From: an uncultured Gammaproteobacteria bacterium
GTDB lineage: Bacteria > Patescibacteriota > Patescibacteriia > Patescibacteriales > UBA12465
Direction of reading: 5' to 3'
Assembly: GCA_964593665.1 (NCBI GenBank)
Contig: CAZQJT010000004.1
Coordinates: forward strand, 1 to 24,284
DNA: 24,284 nucleotides
Part shown: piece after piece, positions 23,609-24,284 of the stretch
How positions within the stretch are numbered: the first letter of the stretch is position 1
How the letters are laid out: each line of letters opens with the position of its first letter
Notes under the pieces: generated by a model
What the model saw: only the letters and a program-made list of their open reading frames with translations
Database searches by the model: none
What the model was told of the DNA's origin: nothing
Position numbers and translations under genes: made by a program

Positions 23609-24103
23609 TTATTCGAATAATCTTTTAAGAGAAAGTATTTTTGTTTTTGTGTTTAAAATAGAAAAGGTAGCTGGATAAAAAACGCCGCCCAAGGTCCCAG
23701 GATTAACAATTATTGTTTTTTTATCTATCTCTAGCCAGGGTTTATGAGTGTGTCCATAAAAAATAAAATCAAGGTCTTCTGATTGAATTTCTTTTATTGT
23801 TTTAATTTTTTCTGGCTCATGGCAAATAGCTATTTTTAAATTATCTATTTCAAAGAAAAAAATTTCTTTTTTATACCTTATATTTTTAAAAGATTCTAAA
23901 TCTTTTTCTCTGTAAGTGTCAGCGTTGCCACAGATAATAAAAATTTCGCCTAGAAAATTGTTGGCGAAATATTTTATCGTTTCTATGTTGCCTGTGTCAC
24001 CGCTACAAATAATTTTTTTAATTTTTTTCTCCTGACAATAATTAAGGCAGAGTTGCAAATTAGATAAATTATCGTGAATATCTGAAACTATGGCAATTTG
24101 CAT
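23609..24103 (-). CDS. Metallophosphoesterase, YfcE/MJ0936 family
   Basis: IVSDIHDN, SGD, GNAD, CHEP, FYGHTHKP, NPGT. Confidence 0.9.
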   Translation of the reverse strand: MQIAIVSDIHDNLSNLQLCLNYCQEKKIKKIICSGDTGNIETIKYFANNFLGEIFIICGNADTYREKDLESFKNIRYKKEIFFFEIDNLKIAICHEPEKIKTIKEIQSEDLDFIFYGHTHKPWLEIDKKTIIVNPGTLGGVFYPATFSILNTKTKILSLKRLFE

Positions 24104-24104
24104 A

Positions 24105-24284
24105 TTAATTTTTACTGCGTAATTTTATCTCATAAGCCATTTGTTCTAGCTTTCTTAGGTGTCCGCGTGCTTGGTCGTATTTAGTTCTTAGATATCCAGT
24201 CATGTCAAAATCTATTAATTGACCCATAGTATCTTCAGAAATCTTTTTTATTTTAGCAACCTTGCTTAGTTTTCCAGCAGCCGC
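24105..24284 (-). CDS. 3' end of a translin-family-like protein (partial)
   Basis: Open frame AAAGKLSKVAKIKKISEDTMGQLIDFDMTGYLRTKYDQARGHLRKLEQMAYEIKLRSKN*; LR.K.D......KLE...Y resembles the translin/TRAX C-terminal helix. Confidence 0.55.
   Translation of the reverse strand, partial: AAAGKLSKVAKIKKISEDTMGQLIDFDMTGYLRTKYDQARGHLRKLEQMAYEIKLRSKN

Noticed and set aside
1-24284. Genome-wide UGA recoding (code 25 or 4)
   Set aside because: All long genes are intact under code 11; TGA ends genes at 1496 (ATGA overlap) and 14300; only one internal TGA exists

Overview
AT-rich (~30% GC by eye), gene-dense bacterial chromosome segment in genetic code 11, most likely from a Patescibacteria/CPR (Parcubacteria-like) genome. 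That assignment is inferred from the scarcity of Shine-Dalgarno sites, near-leaderless promoters, S6 with a long charged tail, a solitary ECF S component and CPR-type hypothetical families. The left part is mostly transcribed leftward: O-antigen ligase - pseudouridine synthase - tRNA-Ser(CGA) - ECF S component; rpsF-ssb-rpsR-efp; ychF. Interspersed rightward genes are a degenerate protein-kinase-like gene and a Trm11-like methyltransferase. A ~700-bp non-coding region (8529-9233) holds two consensus DnaA boxes, very AT-rich tracts, a palindromic bidirectional promoter and a dense cluster of GTYRAC/GACTTAA motifs, and sits where gene orientation flips (oriC candidate). The right part carries a high-GC orphan, tRNA-Cys, tsaD, an ECF sigma/anti-sigma pair, a CapA-family phosphoesterase and a histidine phosphatase. 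Next comes a ~3-kb accessory segment (GNAT broken by one in-frame TGA, AbiEi/AbiEii toxin-antitoxin, exported protein) bracketed by a 15-bp repeat and ending at tRNA-Glu. It is followed by patatin + phospholipase D, a UvrA lacking the UvrB-binding domain, a CPR hypothetical with a structured leader, a metallophosphoesterase and a partial translin-like gene. No CRISPR array, integrase or transposase was seen.
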